NCBI RefSeq assembly: GCF_006345805.1
Contig: NC_042997.1
Span: 72,354,001 to 72,418,000 of the forward strand
Length of the DNA stretch: 64,000 nt
Reading direction: 5' to 3'
Source of the DNA: Octopus sinensis
Lineage: Eukaryota
Every line of letters starts with the position of its first letter. Position 1 is the stretch's first letter. The notes beneath the pieces are model-generated. The model had not been told where the DNA came from and did not search any database. It saw nothing but the letters and a program-made list of their open reading frames with translations. This document shows positions 36,357-44,584 of the stretch, piece after piece. A program made the translations under genes and the position numbers.

Positions 36357-39300
36357 GTTAATCCAAACATGAAAACACAAAGAGAAAACACAACAACGCA
36401 GGGATGTGGAACAAGTATAGTGTTATTGGACGCTCAGGAAAGGAAAAAAAGAGGATTTAACGTTTCAAGCAGAGCTCTTCGTCAGAAACATAGGAAAAGG
36501 AAAGATCCAAGGAAGGGAAGACGGAGGAAAAAAATCGCCAATGGTACACACGCGGTCACATTTTGAATGACCGGAAGGGAATGGGTGAAGAAAAAGTTCT
36601 TTCAAAGACAGGAGAGTGCAAGAGAAGAAGGTATGTGTGTGTAAGTGTGGATATATGCGTGCGCGCAGGTCTGTGTTTGTGTGTGTATGTGTGTAATGAT
36701 AGCACGTGTGTGTGGTTGTGGCTGTTAATCTATGTGTATGGTTGGGCTTAGTATCATTTAAGGTCAAGGAAGAATGAAGTAGGAGCAGCTCTTGTATCTA
36801 CCTACCCAGGTGCATAGAAGAATGGTCAGTGGAAGGTACTGGTAGTTTGAAGTATGTGTGTGTGCGTGTATGTATATGTATTGTGTGTGTATATGTGTTC
36901 ATGTGTGTATGCGGGGAATAACTGTCCTTTACTTTGTGTATGTGTGTGTGTGTGCTTGAATGTGCGTATGTGTGTATACATGTATGTATAATTGTGTGCG
37001 TATATGAGTATGTGAGGTATTTGTGGGTTCATTTGTGTGCATGTGCGTGTATGCGTATGTGGGTGTATATACGTGTATCCGTGGGGTTGTGAGTGTTAGG
37101 TGTATGCATTCGTGTGAAGAACTTTTTCTTCACCCATTCCGTTTGTGCGCGCGCATGTGTGTGTCTGTGTCTATATGTGTATACGTATGTGTATGTGTGT
37201 GCGCATGTATGCATATATTGTGTATGTATATGTATAGGTGTGTATCTGAATTTGTGTATACGTGTGTGTGGGGTTTGTGGAGTTTGTCTAGGCGTAATGT
37301 GCGTGTGCTTGTGTGTGCTTATGTACATATGTGTTTGTGCCCATGTGTGTATAATTGTGTGCGTGTCTGTATGTATATTATTTGTTGGAGGTCTATGTGC
37401 AAACCTTTGCTAGTGTGTGTGTGTATGTACGTGTGTGTGTGTGTGTGTATTATGTGCATATGTATGTGCGTGTGTATATGTGTATGTGCGTGCGTGTGTA
37501 TATGTGTGTGAACATGGAGATGTGTCAGGTTGTGTGCATTTTGTTGTGTGTACGTGCTTGAGTATGTGCGTGTATGTGGTTGTGTGTACGTTTATATGCG
37601 TGTGTGTGTCTGTGGGGTTGTGGGATAGGTTTCTGTGCATTCCTGTGTATGTGCATGTGCGTGTACGTTTGTGTATGTGTGTGTGTGTATGCGCATGTGT
37701 GTGCGTGTGGGTGGGTGTATGTGTATGTATGCGTGTGTGTTTGTGTGTGGAAGTATGTGTGTATATGTGCATGTATATATGTTGTATGTGTGCGTGTGGG
37801 AGGTATATGTGTGCATTCGTGGATATGTATGCGTGTGTATGTGTTCGTGTATAAAAGCAATAATTTATAAAAACAAATAAAAAAACTCATCTCATTGCAA
37901 AGATATATATATATTTGCAATGAGATAAATTTTGGCTTTATTTTTCAATGAAGTAGATTTCCTTATTTAATCTATCTTGTGTTGGTGTTCCAGTAGCACA
38001 CTGATAAAATGGAAAAATTACAAATTGTGGTAGTAGTTGCTTTGCGCATTTCTCAATGTGTTCACACCCTTTAGTGAATACATTGAGAAATGTGCAAAGC
38101 AACTGCTACCACAATTTGTAATCTTTCCATTTTATCAATGTGCCATTGGAACACCAACACAAGTTAGATTAAATAAGGAAACCTACTTCAATGAAAAATA
38201 TAGACCAAAACTTAACCATTTCTAGCATTTTTAAATAAGGAAACTTACCTCACTGAAAAAATATATATTTATAAAGCAAAATTTAACCACTTCTAACATT
38301 CTATTCTTTCTAAATCAAAGAATCATGTTAAATTAATAAAACCTAGTAATTCTCAACAATTTTGATTATCTCCCTTATACCGAAAAAATCCCTGATTACT
38401 GTCCCCTGTCTGGAATTCTCATATTTCACATCATAGCGAAGAGATAACACAATATTCGAAAAGAAATTTGAGAAATTTGAAAAGAAAATACCAAACCAGT
38501 TATTTCTCCAAAAGCAATGTTACTATACACAAAATTTTATAACATTTTTCTAACATAACGACTTAAATATATTCTTTAACCATATAACACAAGTCTTCTG
38601 TAGTTTTTCACTCTATTTTGTCTTTTATTTATTTATTTATAGACAGACAAACAGACAGACAGATTGATAGATATCTGTGTGTGTCTTTCTGTCTTTGTCC
38701 CTCAACACTGTTTGACAACTGGTGTCAGGGTGTTTACAGCCCAGTAATTTAGTGGTTCAATGAAAGAGACCAACAGAATAAATAACAGGTTTGAAAAGTA
38801 AAAAATAAATACTGCAGTCAAATCATTTTACTACAAAAGCTTCAAGATGGTGCCCCAGCATGGCCACAATTTAATGATTGATACAAGTAAAAGATATAAA
38901 ATAGAATTTATTAGACACATTTTTAACAAAAAAATTATATCCAATAATTCTGTAAACAAATACATGCTATTCTGTGAATGCATTCATTTTATATACCTGA
39001 AATGAATGCAGAAGTGGTACATCCCTTTTCAGGTAACATCAAGCTTACATTCAACTTACAAATACAGAAACATTTCAATACTGCCCGCAACAAATTCTAC
39101 TTTTAGACTTCACAATTCAGTAAATATAAAACTACAAATGATATTTGGTAAACTTTAATATACTCACATGTCTTGGAGACGTCGATGTATCTGTTGATAA
39201 AGACTAGTATCATGTGTTATTTGGACGTAAGATAAAGCCATGCGAAGGGCTTCCATTTTTAGCGATGGACAGTAATCAGCAATGAAAATAAGTCTGTTGA

Positions 39301-42300
39301 GGCGAGCAATTCCTTCATATTGCTTAGCATAAGAATCGAGATCCTGAAAACAGTTAGCAAATGTATTTCTCAATATATATGTAATACACTGAAAGCTGTT
39401 ATAATCTACAAGGTATGTGTTAATTGGTAGAAATTGATAAAATGCCTACAAGTAAATGTAAGAAAACTTTTTAAAATATTCCTTTAAATTATTTCAGTTT
39501 GTAAAAGTTAATACAGCTTAATGAAAGCTTTCATTTAACTCTTTTGTTGCCATATTTCTGTTATATATTTGTATTAATTAATGCTGAAAATAATGAAAAA
39601 TTTATTATAATAACCTTGTCATTATTATTACTTAGCTGGTGTTTGGAACTTAACATGAAATATTGATGGTAGGCTAAATTTAATTTAGATGACTTTAAAA
39701 CAGAAAGTTTGTATCATAGAACCAGGGGTGGTCTCGGATGGGTTGGCATCAAAATGGTTCATAACATAAGTTTCCTTTACTAAACACTTTCATAATGATT
39801 TGGAAGGTTTTTAAGCTTACTGTGTTGGTGATGCACACTTTTGGTGATGCACATGCTCAGTATCATCATCATCATCATCATCGTTCAACGTCCGTTCTCC
39901 ATGCTAGCATGGGTTGGACGGTTCGACCGGGGATCTGGGAAGCCAGAAGGCTGCACCAGGCTCCAGTCTTATCTGGCAATGTTTCTACAGCTGGATGCCC
40001 TTCCTAACGCCAACCACTCCGTGAGTGTAGTGGGTGCTTTTTATGTGCCACCTGCACAGCTGCCAGGCGAGGCTGGCAACAGCCACGGTCGGATTGGTGT
40101 ACTTTATGTGCCACCGGCACGGAAGCCAGTCGAGGCGGCGCTGGCATCGGCCACGAGTCGGATCATGTTGTAACAATATCATACAGTTTGATTTATCATT
40201 GATAAGATAAACATCTGACTGAAGATATTTTCTGTATCTCTTATCTTCATTAAATGATATCCTGCATAGTCATAGGAGAAAAAATGTGGTAAAATACCCT
40301 TTCATAATCATGCAATTGTTTTAGTGATTAGGCTGTTGCACTCATGATTGCTAGATCATGGGTTCAATTCCCTTATTGGGGGGCACATTGTGTTCTTGAG
40401 CAAAACATTTCACTTCACATTGCTCTAGTCCTCCTTTTGATCAGTAGGGAATGTTGGCCTGCTTGCCTAACCTGCAGAGTGGCTTCATTTGAAGGCTAAA
40501 ATAATGCAAAAACACATTGTGACCGGTAATGTGTAACATCTGATAGCCTGGTAGGTCACGTGATAGTCATAGACATCTGAGTTACAAGTTACTGGACATA
40601 CACTGTTTGAGTAAGATGCATTCCCTATATGTATAGCAAGATAAATAATTAATTTTAATGCAATTTACATTTCAGTTTTACTTTTAATACAGCAATAGGG
40701 ACAAGACTAGTTATGAGATAAATAGGTTTCATTAATGTACAATGAAAATATCAATTTCTTCATAAGATACTCTAGAACACTTTATCTCTATCATTGATGA
40801 AATGAGCTATGAAGTGAGGGTTATTTTTTTTTTTTTTAATATTTATATATGTGTGTGTTCATTTGAAGAGGTAATTAAATACATCTGGGAAAATGGCTAG
40901 TAAACCATCCTCACAGCTTGTGTCAAAGAAAACCTATCTACTATTAATCTTTCCAATACTAGTAGTCTAAAACAGAGGCCCAGCCACTATTATTATATCA
41001 GGATAAGTCCGCTGCAAGCAAAATGACCTTCCCACTTAAGACAGCTTCAATTTCTAACTAGCTATACAACAGCCAAATTTTTTGCCATTTGTTTCAAACT
41101 ATCATAGTAAAACTCTGTCCCATAATGGAGCAAACCTATGCCCATTTAACATAAGAACTCTAGCAAGGTATCCCCTGATAATTAAAGAGCCCATCAATGA
41201 CTGGCACAACAAGAGACTTTTTAATAGATGTAATACCTCCTTACATTATGGAGACATGGTTTTGAAGTTGTACAGAAGGTGACCCATTTTTGAAGATGGG
41301 GGCTTTGAACAAGCCCAACAGTATATGCAAAAGATTCTGCCTTAATCACAGAGAAGAGATGGACTCAGCAAACTGCAGTAAACAAGGCAAGCAGTCTAAG
41401 AGCAGTAACTCTGAATAGAAATTGATACAATACTGAGGAGAGACTAATCTTATATAACCTTTCAAGTGTTAATGGCATGATAAAATGCATCTAGTTCATT
41501 CTATAAAGTAGTTGGTGAAGACATGAAATAGACATGAAATGTTGGTGAAGACATGAAATAGACTGCTCACAGATAAGTAACACAGATACAAATTCTTTTA
41601 AGTAGGTAAAATGCTAGAATTAATGGAATATATATAATGTTGGCAGAAAATGGATGAATAAAATAACTGAGGTAATCAAAGTATGTTAGGTGAGTCTTAG
41701 GCAACATGATTAGCCTAACATACACCAACAGTCGAGATTGACAGGTGAGCAAATGGAATGTATCCCATGAGACTCTCTTGTAGAGTATCTCAATAACAGA
41801 TGACCGCAACTTCTTTATCATAGAGAGTGACTTCAATGGACATAACTGACAACATCAAGATGGTTGGTTACAGAAGTGTACATACAGACATATAGGTTTG
41901 ACCATGATACAATGAACAAAGAGATCAGTACTGCTATGAAGCAAATCTGAGCTTGTACCACAATACAGATATACTTCATACTTTCAAGGAAATAGTATAA
42001 ACAACTGTCCTTTCTTGATATCCAATGGACAGCTTAACATAGACTAGTGATATTAGACCTCACAATTAGAGGTAGATGAAGTCAAAGACACAAGAAAAAG
42101 TAGAAAAGGTAAGGAAGCTGGAAGATCCTTCTGCACACACAGGTTCAAAGAATTACTAATAGTAATGCCTATGATTAAAAGAAGATTTGACAGAGTATCA
42201 GACTTTACAGGAAGCCAGTTTAAGAAAACTGGCTACTAGTGACTTGCTTGTTAAAGTTATAAAGGCGCTGTCAGCTGAGAGCTAGCAACAAGTACAGTGA

Positions 42301-43687
42301 AGAATTTGGCATGCAGGGTCTGAATATTATAGTTCTCCAAATCATAAGAGAGTAATTCAAAACTTGTTTAGCATAGGAACTTCTGTATGCTAATGCCTCG
42401 TTCTTATAACAAAAATAAATTCAAGAATTACAACATATGAAAGTAAATTATTTTAGTTAGCAAGTAAAAAATACTGCCATCTGGGAAGTGGTTCAGCTTG
42501 ATATGATGAAAAGAGTAGGTAGAAATTCTAGAGGGTATGCTTAATGTAAACAACAGGCAAGTGAAAGATACAGGGGATCACAAAAAGGCTGACAGAAGAG
42601 AAGGAACACAAATGTAGCAGATACACAAGAGTAGGTAACAGTTAGAACCCTCATGAAATGAATTCTTTCAACTGCTGGAAGGTACAAGTACACAGAAGAA
42701 AGAGATCGAAAAAGTTCAAGGAACTATCACTACTACTAGAAACAAAATGCTTTTCTTTCCAAGTGATGGGCAGATTGTATGATGGTTATACAAAAAGTGT
42801 GATACAGCACAGAAACAAATGAAACATGAGGAATATAAAGGATGTGCAAAGACTAGAAAGAATGTGAACATATTCTGCTAGGCATGTAATTTAAGCAAAT
42901 ATGAATAGCGAAACAATAAGGAGGGAGGGAAAATGGACATCAGCACATGAACAAATATGTGAATGTAGAATAAAAGTTGGTAGAAGCACCAAGCTATCAA
43001 AGTGAAAAAAAAAACAACATAAAGAGCCTAAGCAGTGGAGGAGAATCTCAGGATGCTGAATTCATGAAGGAGACAGGATGCTGAATTCATGACTGCAGCA
43101 TGTGATGAGAAAGTGTGCTGCAGAAACTCTGCCAATACCAACAAAGTAAAAAGGAAATGAAGAGGTAATGAAGACTCAATTTTAGAATCTAAGAAGCACC
43201 TTTATATATTTAACCAATATTGTAATGATCAGAACAAATTTGAGTTCAATACATAATGAAGGTGGTGAGCTGGCAGAATCATTAGCATGCCAGGTAAAAT
43301 GCTGTCTTTTTGTTCTGAGTTCAAATTCTGCTTAGGTTGACTTTGCCTCTCATTCTTTCAAGATTGATAAAATAAGTACCATTTGAGCACTGGAGTCAAA
43401 GTAATCAACTTATTCCCTCCCCTGAAATTGCTGGCCTTGTGCCAAAATCTGAAACCAATAATAGAATATTATATTTACTAAAGAAATGCAGTAGCACTAC
43501 CCAAATCTTTCACTACAAAATTTATTTCTTTTTAATCATTTAGATACCCATTCATAAAGTTCAAGAAGAATGTTTAAAAACTAAGTCATATTACCAAAGT
43601 TGTACTTTCTACAATAGCATGGTCATTTTTTATATTCTCATTTTCTTCAGGAGAAGCATCTACTTGCATGGGTTCATCAAGAGATGG
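5319..43687 (-). CDS. GPS1: COP9 signalosome complex subunit 1 (CSN1/GPS1/COPS1), spliced; 5'-most exon not found
   Basis: Twelve GT-AG exons join in frame (93+176+150+136+78+132+95+106+81+138+87+48=1320 nt). Translation contains CSN1 hallmarks: [113 protein letters not shown] (PCI domain). Confidence 0.96.
5872..6090. mobile_element. piggyBac-type MITE
   Basis: TIRs CCCTTTAGCATTCA / TGAATGCTAAAGGG, flanked by TTAA and TTTAA; no ORF. Confidence 0.75.
7027..7074 (-). CDS. GPS1: CSN1 exon: [16 protein letters not shown]
   Basis: ttccttgtag|GCA...AAG|gtaagc; 48 nt, phase 0/0. Confidence 0.93.
7245..8475 (+). mobile_element. 5'-truncated, internally deleted RTE LINE with (GAT)n tail
   Basis: ORF remnant [52 protein letters not shown] matches the 14-16.7 kb copy. 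The 3' UTR ends catggaaagcggacgtt...gatgatgat. Fills most of the 1.5-kb intron. Confidence 0.9.
8616..8702 (-). CDS. GPS1: CSN1 exon: [29 protein letters not shown]
   Basis: ttctttag|ATA...AAA|gtaag; 87 nt, phase 0/0. Confidence 0.95.
9195..9403. mobile_element. Degenerate piggyBac-type MITE
   Basis: ttaa-tccttttgttacca ... tggtaacaaatagg: imperfect TIRs with TTAA at the left. Confidence 0.5.
10385..10522 (-). CDS. GPS1: CSN1 exon: [46 protein letters not shown]
   Basis: tttttcag|TAT...AAG|gtat; 138 nt, phase 0/0. Confidence 0.96.
11520..11662 (-). mobile_element. tRNA-derived SINE (family B), degenerate
   Basis: Reverse complement matches the gcaggtatggctgtgtggtaagaagcttgc...ctatagcc..ggctgaccaa pattern of 35757-35910 and 58460-58625. 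Confidence 0.55.
12440..12970 (+). mobile_element. Old RTE LINE 3' fragment
   Basis: ctgctggcaacaaagggtttctttctcagagtaaagggtaaactg... resembles [16 protein letters not shown]; ends ...gctggagaagacctgc. Confidence 0.55.
14044..16098 (+). CDS. RTE-clade LINE ORF2 fragment (RT domain plus PHD-like Zn finger), 684 aa open, no endonuclease
   Basis: RT motifs [67 protein letters not shown]; C4HC3-like CSIC..CTKC..HKRC..CGRC. The ATG lies in host (TSD) sequence. Confidence 0.9.
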   Translation: MESITWWWNNIVDRAIREKRQAWKVWKNGGSRELYQTAKREARRQVYLARGEADKKKFANVLRREDQRLEVFRVARQCVRENRDVVGEKCVRMEDGSLTLNEDAKREVWRCHYERLLNEENEWDKESLPNVDPTEGPAIRVDSSVVAKAIRSMKTGKAPGPSGITAEMLKMSGSVGYSLVTRIVNQVIHKGVIPNDWCSSIIVNCYKGKGDALDTNNYRGIKLLDQVMKVTERVIAQLIRERVSLDEMQFGFVPGKSTTDAIFLVRQLQEKYLAKDKPLYLAFVDMEKAFDRVPRSLIWWAMRKLGIDEWLVRAVRAMYRDTASRVRVGNEYSEEFRVEVGVHQGSVLSPLLFIIVLQAITEEFKTGCPWELLYADDLALIAESLSELEEKFQVWKQGLESKGLRVNLAKTKVVISRKVDKSQTPSGRWPCSICRKGVGRNSIRCTKCKLWTHKRCSNVKGRLTRKMVFVCGRCSGTINTENALRPTSVTFQGEKLEIVDSFRYLGDQVSSGGGCAESVTARVRIAWAKFRELLPLLVTKGLSHRVKGRLYDACVRTAMLHGSETWAVTAEDMRKLARNEASMLRWMCNAGTHTRQSVSTLREKLDLRSISCGVQERRLRWYGHVARMDEDSCVKKCHTLAVEGTCGRGRPRKTWDEVVKHDLRTLGLTEEMTRDRDLWKCAVR
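14054..16727 (+). mobile_element. Young 5'-truncated RTE LINE insertion, antisense in a CSN1 intron
   Basis: Perfect 20-bp TSD AATTGCCAATATGGAAAGTA at 14034-14053 and 16728-16747; (GAT)n tail; uninterrupted ORF. Confidence 0.95.
17645..17725 (-). CDS. GPS1: CSN1 exon: [27 protein letters not shown]
   Basis: gatttttag|AAC...CAG|gtaa; 81 nt, phase 0/0. Confidence 0.96.
18164..18269 (-). CDS. GPS1: CSN1 exon: (S)[35 protein letters not shown]
   Basis: acattgcag|C...AAA|gtaagt; 106 nt, phase 2/0. Confidence 0.95.
18560..19000 (+). mobile_element. Old RTE LINE 3' fragment
   Basis: gaagagactgcactggtcatgtgatg...gaccaaga..attgctgtactc...gcatccagcagtagaaacc matches the RTE 3' end. Confidence 0.55.
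19366..19460 (-). CDS. GPS1: CSN1 exon: [31 protein letters not shown]
   Basis: cttttcaag|CTG...AG|gtaag; 95 nt, phase 0/2. Confidence 0.95.
19796..19927 (-). CDS. GPS1: CSN1 exon: [44 protein letters not shown]
   Basis: tttttttcag|AAG...GAG|gtaatt; 132 nt, phase 0/0. Confidence 0.96.
20240..21510 (-). mobile_element. Full-length but inactivated mariner transposon
   Basis: TIRs cagggtcatcccataaataatgcagt / actgcgttgtttatgggatgacccca, TA on both flanks, 1271 bp. Broken transposase with [23 protein letters not shown] and QDNAWPH. Confidence 0.9.
21570..22450 (-). mobile_element. Degenerate Penelope-like 3' fragment with decayed hammerhead motif
   Basis: Weak GIY-YIG C-terminal-like translation ([18 protein letters not shown]) and tcctCTGAAGAaggc...GAAAcagccataaggg at 21916-21785. 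Boundaries uncertain. Confidence 0.4.
22560..23420 (+). mobile_element. Penelope-like element RT fragment (pseudogenised)
   Basis: [61 protein letters not shown](fs)[21 protein letters not shown], later [14 protein letters not shown] (WFNPPY-like). Confidence 0.8.
23442..23740 (+). mobile_element. Putative non-autonomous Helitron 5' fragment
   Basis: Begins a|TCTATTATATAAAA followed by (tctg)/(tg) microsatellite and ccgatt..caaatttg, as typical of Helitron-type non-autonomous 5' ends. No 3' CTAG hairpin seen; interrupted by RTE. Confidence 0.5.
23745..25203 (+). mobile_element. RTE LINE internal fragment (AP-endonuclease C-terminus plus RT N-terminus), truncated at both ends
   Basis: [31 protein letters not shown], then >90% identical by eye to 14054-14938. 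Stop at ~24580 and small frameshifting deletions. Confidence 0.92.
25493..25570 (-). CDS. GPS1: CSN1 exon: [26 protein letters not shown]
   Basis: tgtttcacag|GTT...GAG|gtaaag; 78 nt, phase 0/0. Confidence 0.95.
26210..26345 (-). CDS. GPS1: CSN1 exon: (R)[45 protein letters not shown]
   Basis: cacattctag|A...AAG|gtattt; 136 nt, phase 2/0. Confidence 0.96.
26503..27095. repeat. Composite direct plus inverted repeat cluster
   Basis: Direct repeat ~26503-26600 / ~26810-26928; inverted pair ~26680-26762 / ~27012-27092; hairpin 26907-26962. Confidence 0.7.
27357..27562 (-). mobile_element. tRNA-derived SINE (family A)
   Basis: Reverse complement of the 3300-3515 / 43258-43460 family. Confidence 0.75.
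28469..28618 (-). CDS. GPS1: CSN1 exon: (I)[49 protein letters not shown](R)
   Basis: ctcatttcag|A...AG|gtaaga; 150 nt, phase 2/2. Confidence 0.96.
29080..29990 (-). mobile_element. Degenerate RTE LINE RT fragment
   Basis: Reverse complement shows remnants of GVHQG/LYADD region, [13 protein letters not shown] and the [12 protein letters not shown]..EM region. Confidence 0.6.
30330..30800 (+). mobile_element. RTE LINE 3' fragment
   Basis: [56 protein letters not shown]. Confidence 0.8.
31600..31875 (+). mobile_element. RTE 3' UTR fragments
   Basis: aaaagcaccc..acactgtaaagtggttag..gcatccagctgtaaaaa (twice), ending gcatggaacatggacgttaaataacgatgatg. Confidence 0.65.
32265..32525 (+). mobile_element. 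tRNA-derived SINE (family C)
   Basis: ggcacgtggttttgtggttagggcatttggc...gtccttgagtaaaacactttatttcacactgctccagtccactcagct; related copy at 40320-40600. Confidence 0.6.
33370..33600 (+). mobile_element. Penelope-like 3' terminal fragment with decayed hammerhead motif
   Basis: cag-TTGAAAA-agtc-tcaat-gact-GAA-ACTGGT-A-ctg at 33522-33557; lies between (TA)n tracts. Confidence 0.45.
34100..34800 (+). mobile_element. Degenerate RTE endonuclease-region fragment
   Basis: gctggtgactgcaatggacac (AGDxNGH) and aactttcctggtgaagaatgcattacccaacaa ([10 protein letters not shown]), matching 23790-24090. Confidence 0.7.
35090..35420 (-). mobile_element. Degenerate LINE fragment (CR1/L2-like)
   Basis: [16 protein letters not shown]...KCKSTS..IRPVALT resembles the CR1-group linker and RT start. 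Confidence 0.4.
35757..35910 (+). mobile_element. tRNA-derived SINE (family B)
   Basis: ggtgcaggtatggctgtgtggtaagaagcttgc..ggttcagtcccact..ctagggcaagtg..ctatagcc..gaccaaaggcttgtgagtggatttggtagatggaaac. Confidence 0.75.
36355..36830 (-). mobile_element. Penelope-like 3' terminal fragment carrying a hammerhead motif
   Basis: Hammerhead core near its 3' end (36489-36455); inserted next to a (TA)n tract. Confidence 0.55.
36455..36489 (-). ncRNA. Minimal hammerhead ribozyme-like motif, sense to the CSN1 pre-mRNA
   Basis: GUUU-CUGACGA-A-GAGC-UCU-GCUU-GAA-ACGU-U-AAAU: conserved core, one extra A before stem II, palindromic ACGU stem III, GUU triplet. Confidence 0.6.
36850..37855. repeat. Cryptic (TG/TA)-rich microsatellite/minisatellite, ~1 kb
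   Basis: Almost exclusively gtgt/gtat/gcgt units with recurring interruptions; it generates many spurious C/V/Y- and H/T-rich ORFs. Confidence 0.9.
39168..39343 (-). CDS. GPS1: CSN1 exon: [58 protein letters not shown](I)
   Basis: tgttttcag|GAT...AT|gtgagt; 176 nt, phase 0/2. Confidence 0.96.
39862..40165 (-). mobile_element. RTE 3' UTR short insertion
   Basis: (CAT)n followed by cgttcaacgtccgttctccatgctagcatgggttggacggttc, the reverse complement of 16500-16727. Confidence 0.9.
40320..40600 (+). mobile_element. tRNA-derived SINE (family C), degenerate
   Basis: gggttcaattccc (B-box-like)...gtgttcttgagcaaaacatttcacttcacattgctctagtcc. Confidence 0.55.
43258..43460 (+). mobile_element. tRNA-derived SINE (family A)
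   Basis: gaaggtggtgagctggcagaatcattagcatgcc...ctgagttcaaattc...aagtaccatttgagcactggagtcaaagtaatcaactta. Confidence 0.75.
43595..43687 (-). CDS. GPS1: CSN1 5'-most exon found: [31 protein letters not shown]
   Basis: tttttttttcag|CCA...TTG|gtaata; 93 nt; EPMQVD motif. The in-frame ATG at 43669-43667 could serve as the start. Confidence 0.93.
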
Positions 43688-44584
43688 CTGAAAAAAAAAA
43701 CCAAAAAAAAAAAACAATAATATAAAATCATATTTGAAAATGCACATACTACATCAATGAAATCCATCTCCACAGACACCAAAATATTATAAAGATAGGG
43801 AAGCCAGCAGAATTGATTTATTTAATAATTTTCCAGAATTCTCAATTCAAGATGCAAAATAGAATATAAGTCAAATAAAACAGTGCATAACATAATAAAA
43901 TTTAATTGAATAAATGAATGGACATACATAGTCACACACATACACACAAATGAAAATCTTATGTTAGATCAACTACTAACATCATGTACTGATGAATGAA
44001 TGTTCATGACATATTGTCAGAAGAATAGCTTTCATACTATGAAAGGTTATTATGATGATGATGATGATAGAATAAAAACATAAAAAAACAGAAAGCATGA
44101 AAGATATTTCAACAAGCTATAATGTAATCACAAATGTCTTTCAACTAGTTTCACTACCGGTGAGGAATTTACCCATTTTCAGAAAGTCTATGTGTTCTTT
44201 AAGCTGAATCAAAATCAGCCTTTTGAAACCTCTCAAATAAAATGACATACCACCAATAGGGTTGAAAAAATATCTCCCCAATTCCCCTAGCAAGATAATA
44301 GCACCTTGCCATTGGTGTTATCGTCTATCCAAAGAAAAGAGAGATTTAAGGAGAAACAAAATACCCATCTGAAAACTTTCTCAACTAATTAACACTCATT
44401 GTCTTCACGACTCATACAAATCTAGCAAATATGACTACCAGTTTATTTCTGTGAAATGTATACACTACTCTCCTCAGCAGCAGTGGTATACATGGATTTG
44501 TTTATTGACAAGCTGCTTAAAAATCACACAACATGGTATGCTCCAACAGTTAAAATTGCATAATATAATTGGATAATTTCCATT

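Larger units (their letters stand above)
35969..38628. repeat. Long Penelope-derived inverted repeat (palindrome) split by a 1.6-kb insertion
   Basis: 38074-38210 pairs with 37930-38065 (8-nt loop, ~90% by eye) and ~38255-38628 pairs with 35969-36325 (~80% by eye). The right arm encodes a GIY-YIG C-terminus-like peptide [41 protein letters not shown]. Confidence 0.85.

Noticed and set aside
37023-37920. Many long ORFs (C/V/Y- and H/T-rich, up to 162 aa)
   Set aside because: These are translation artefacts of the TG/TA satellite.
38385-38500. CTGATTA...GAA in the palindrome arm as a possible hammerhead
   Set aside because: G8 is missing in both arms and no consistent stem II/III was found.
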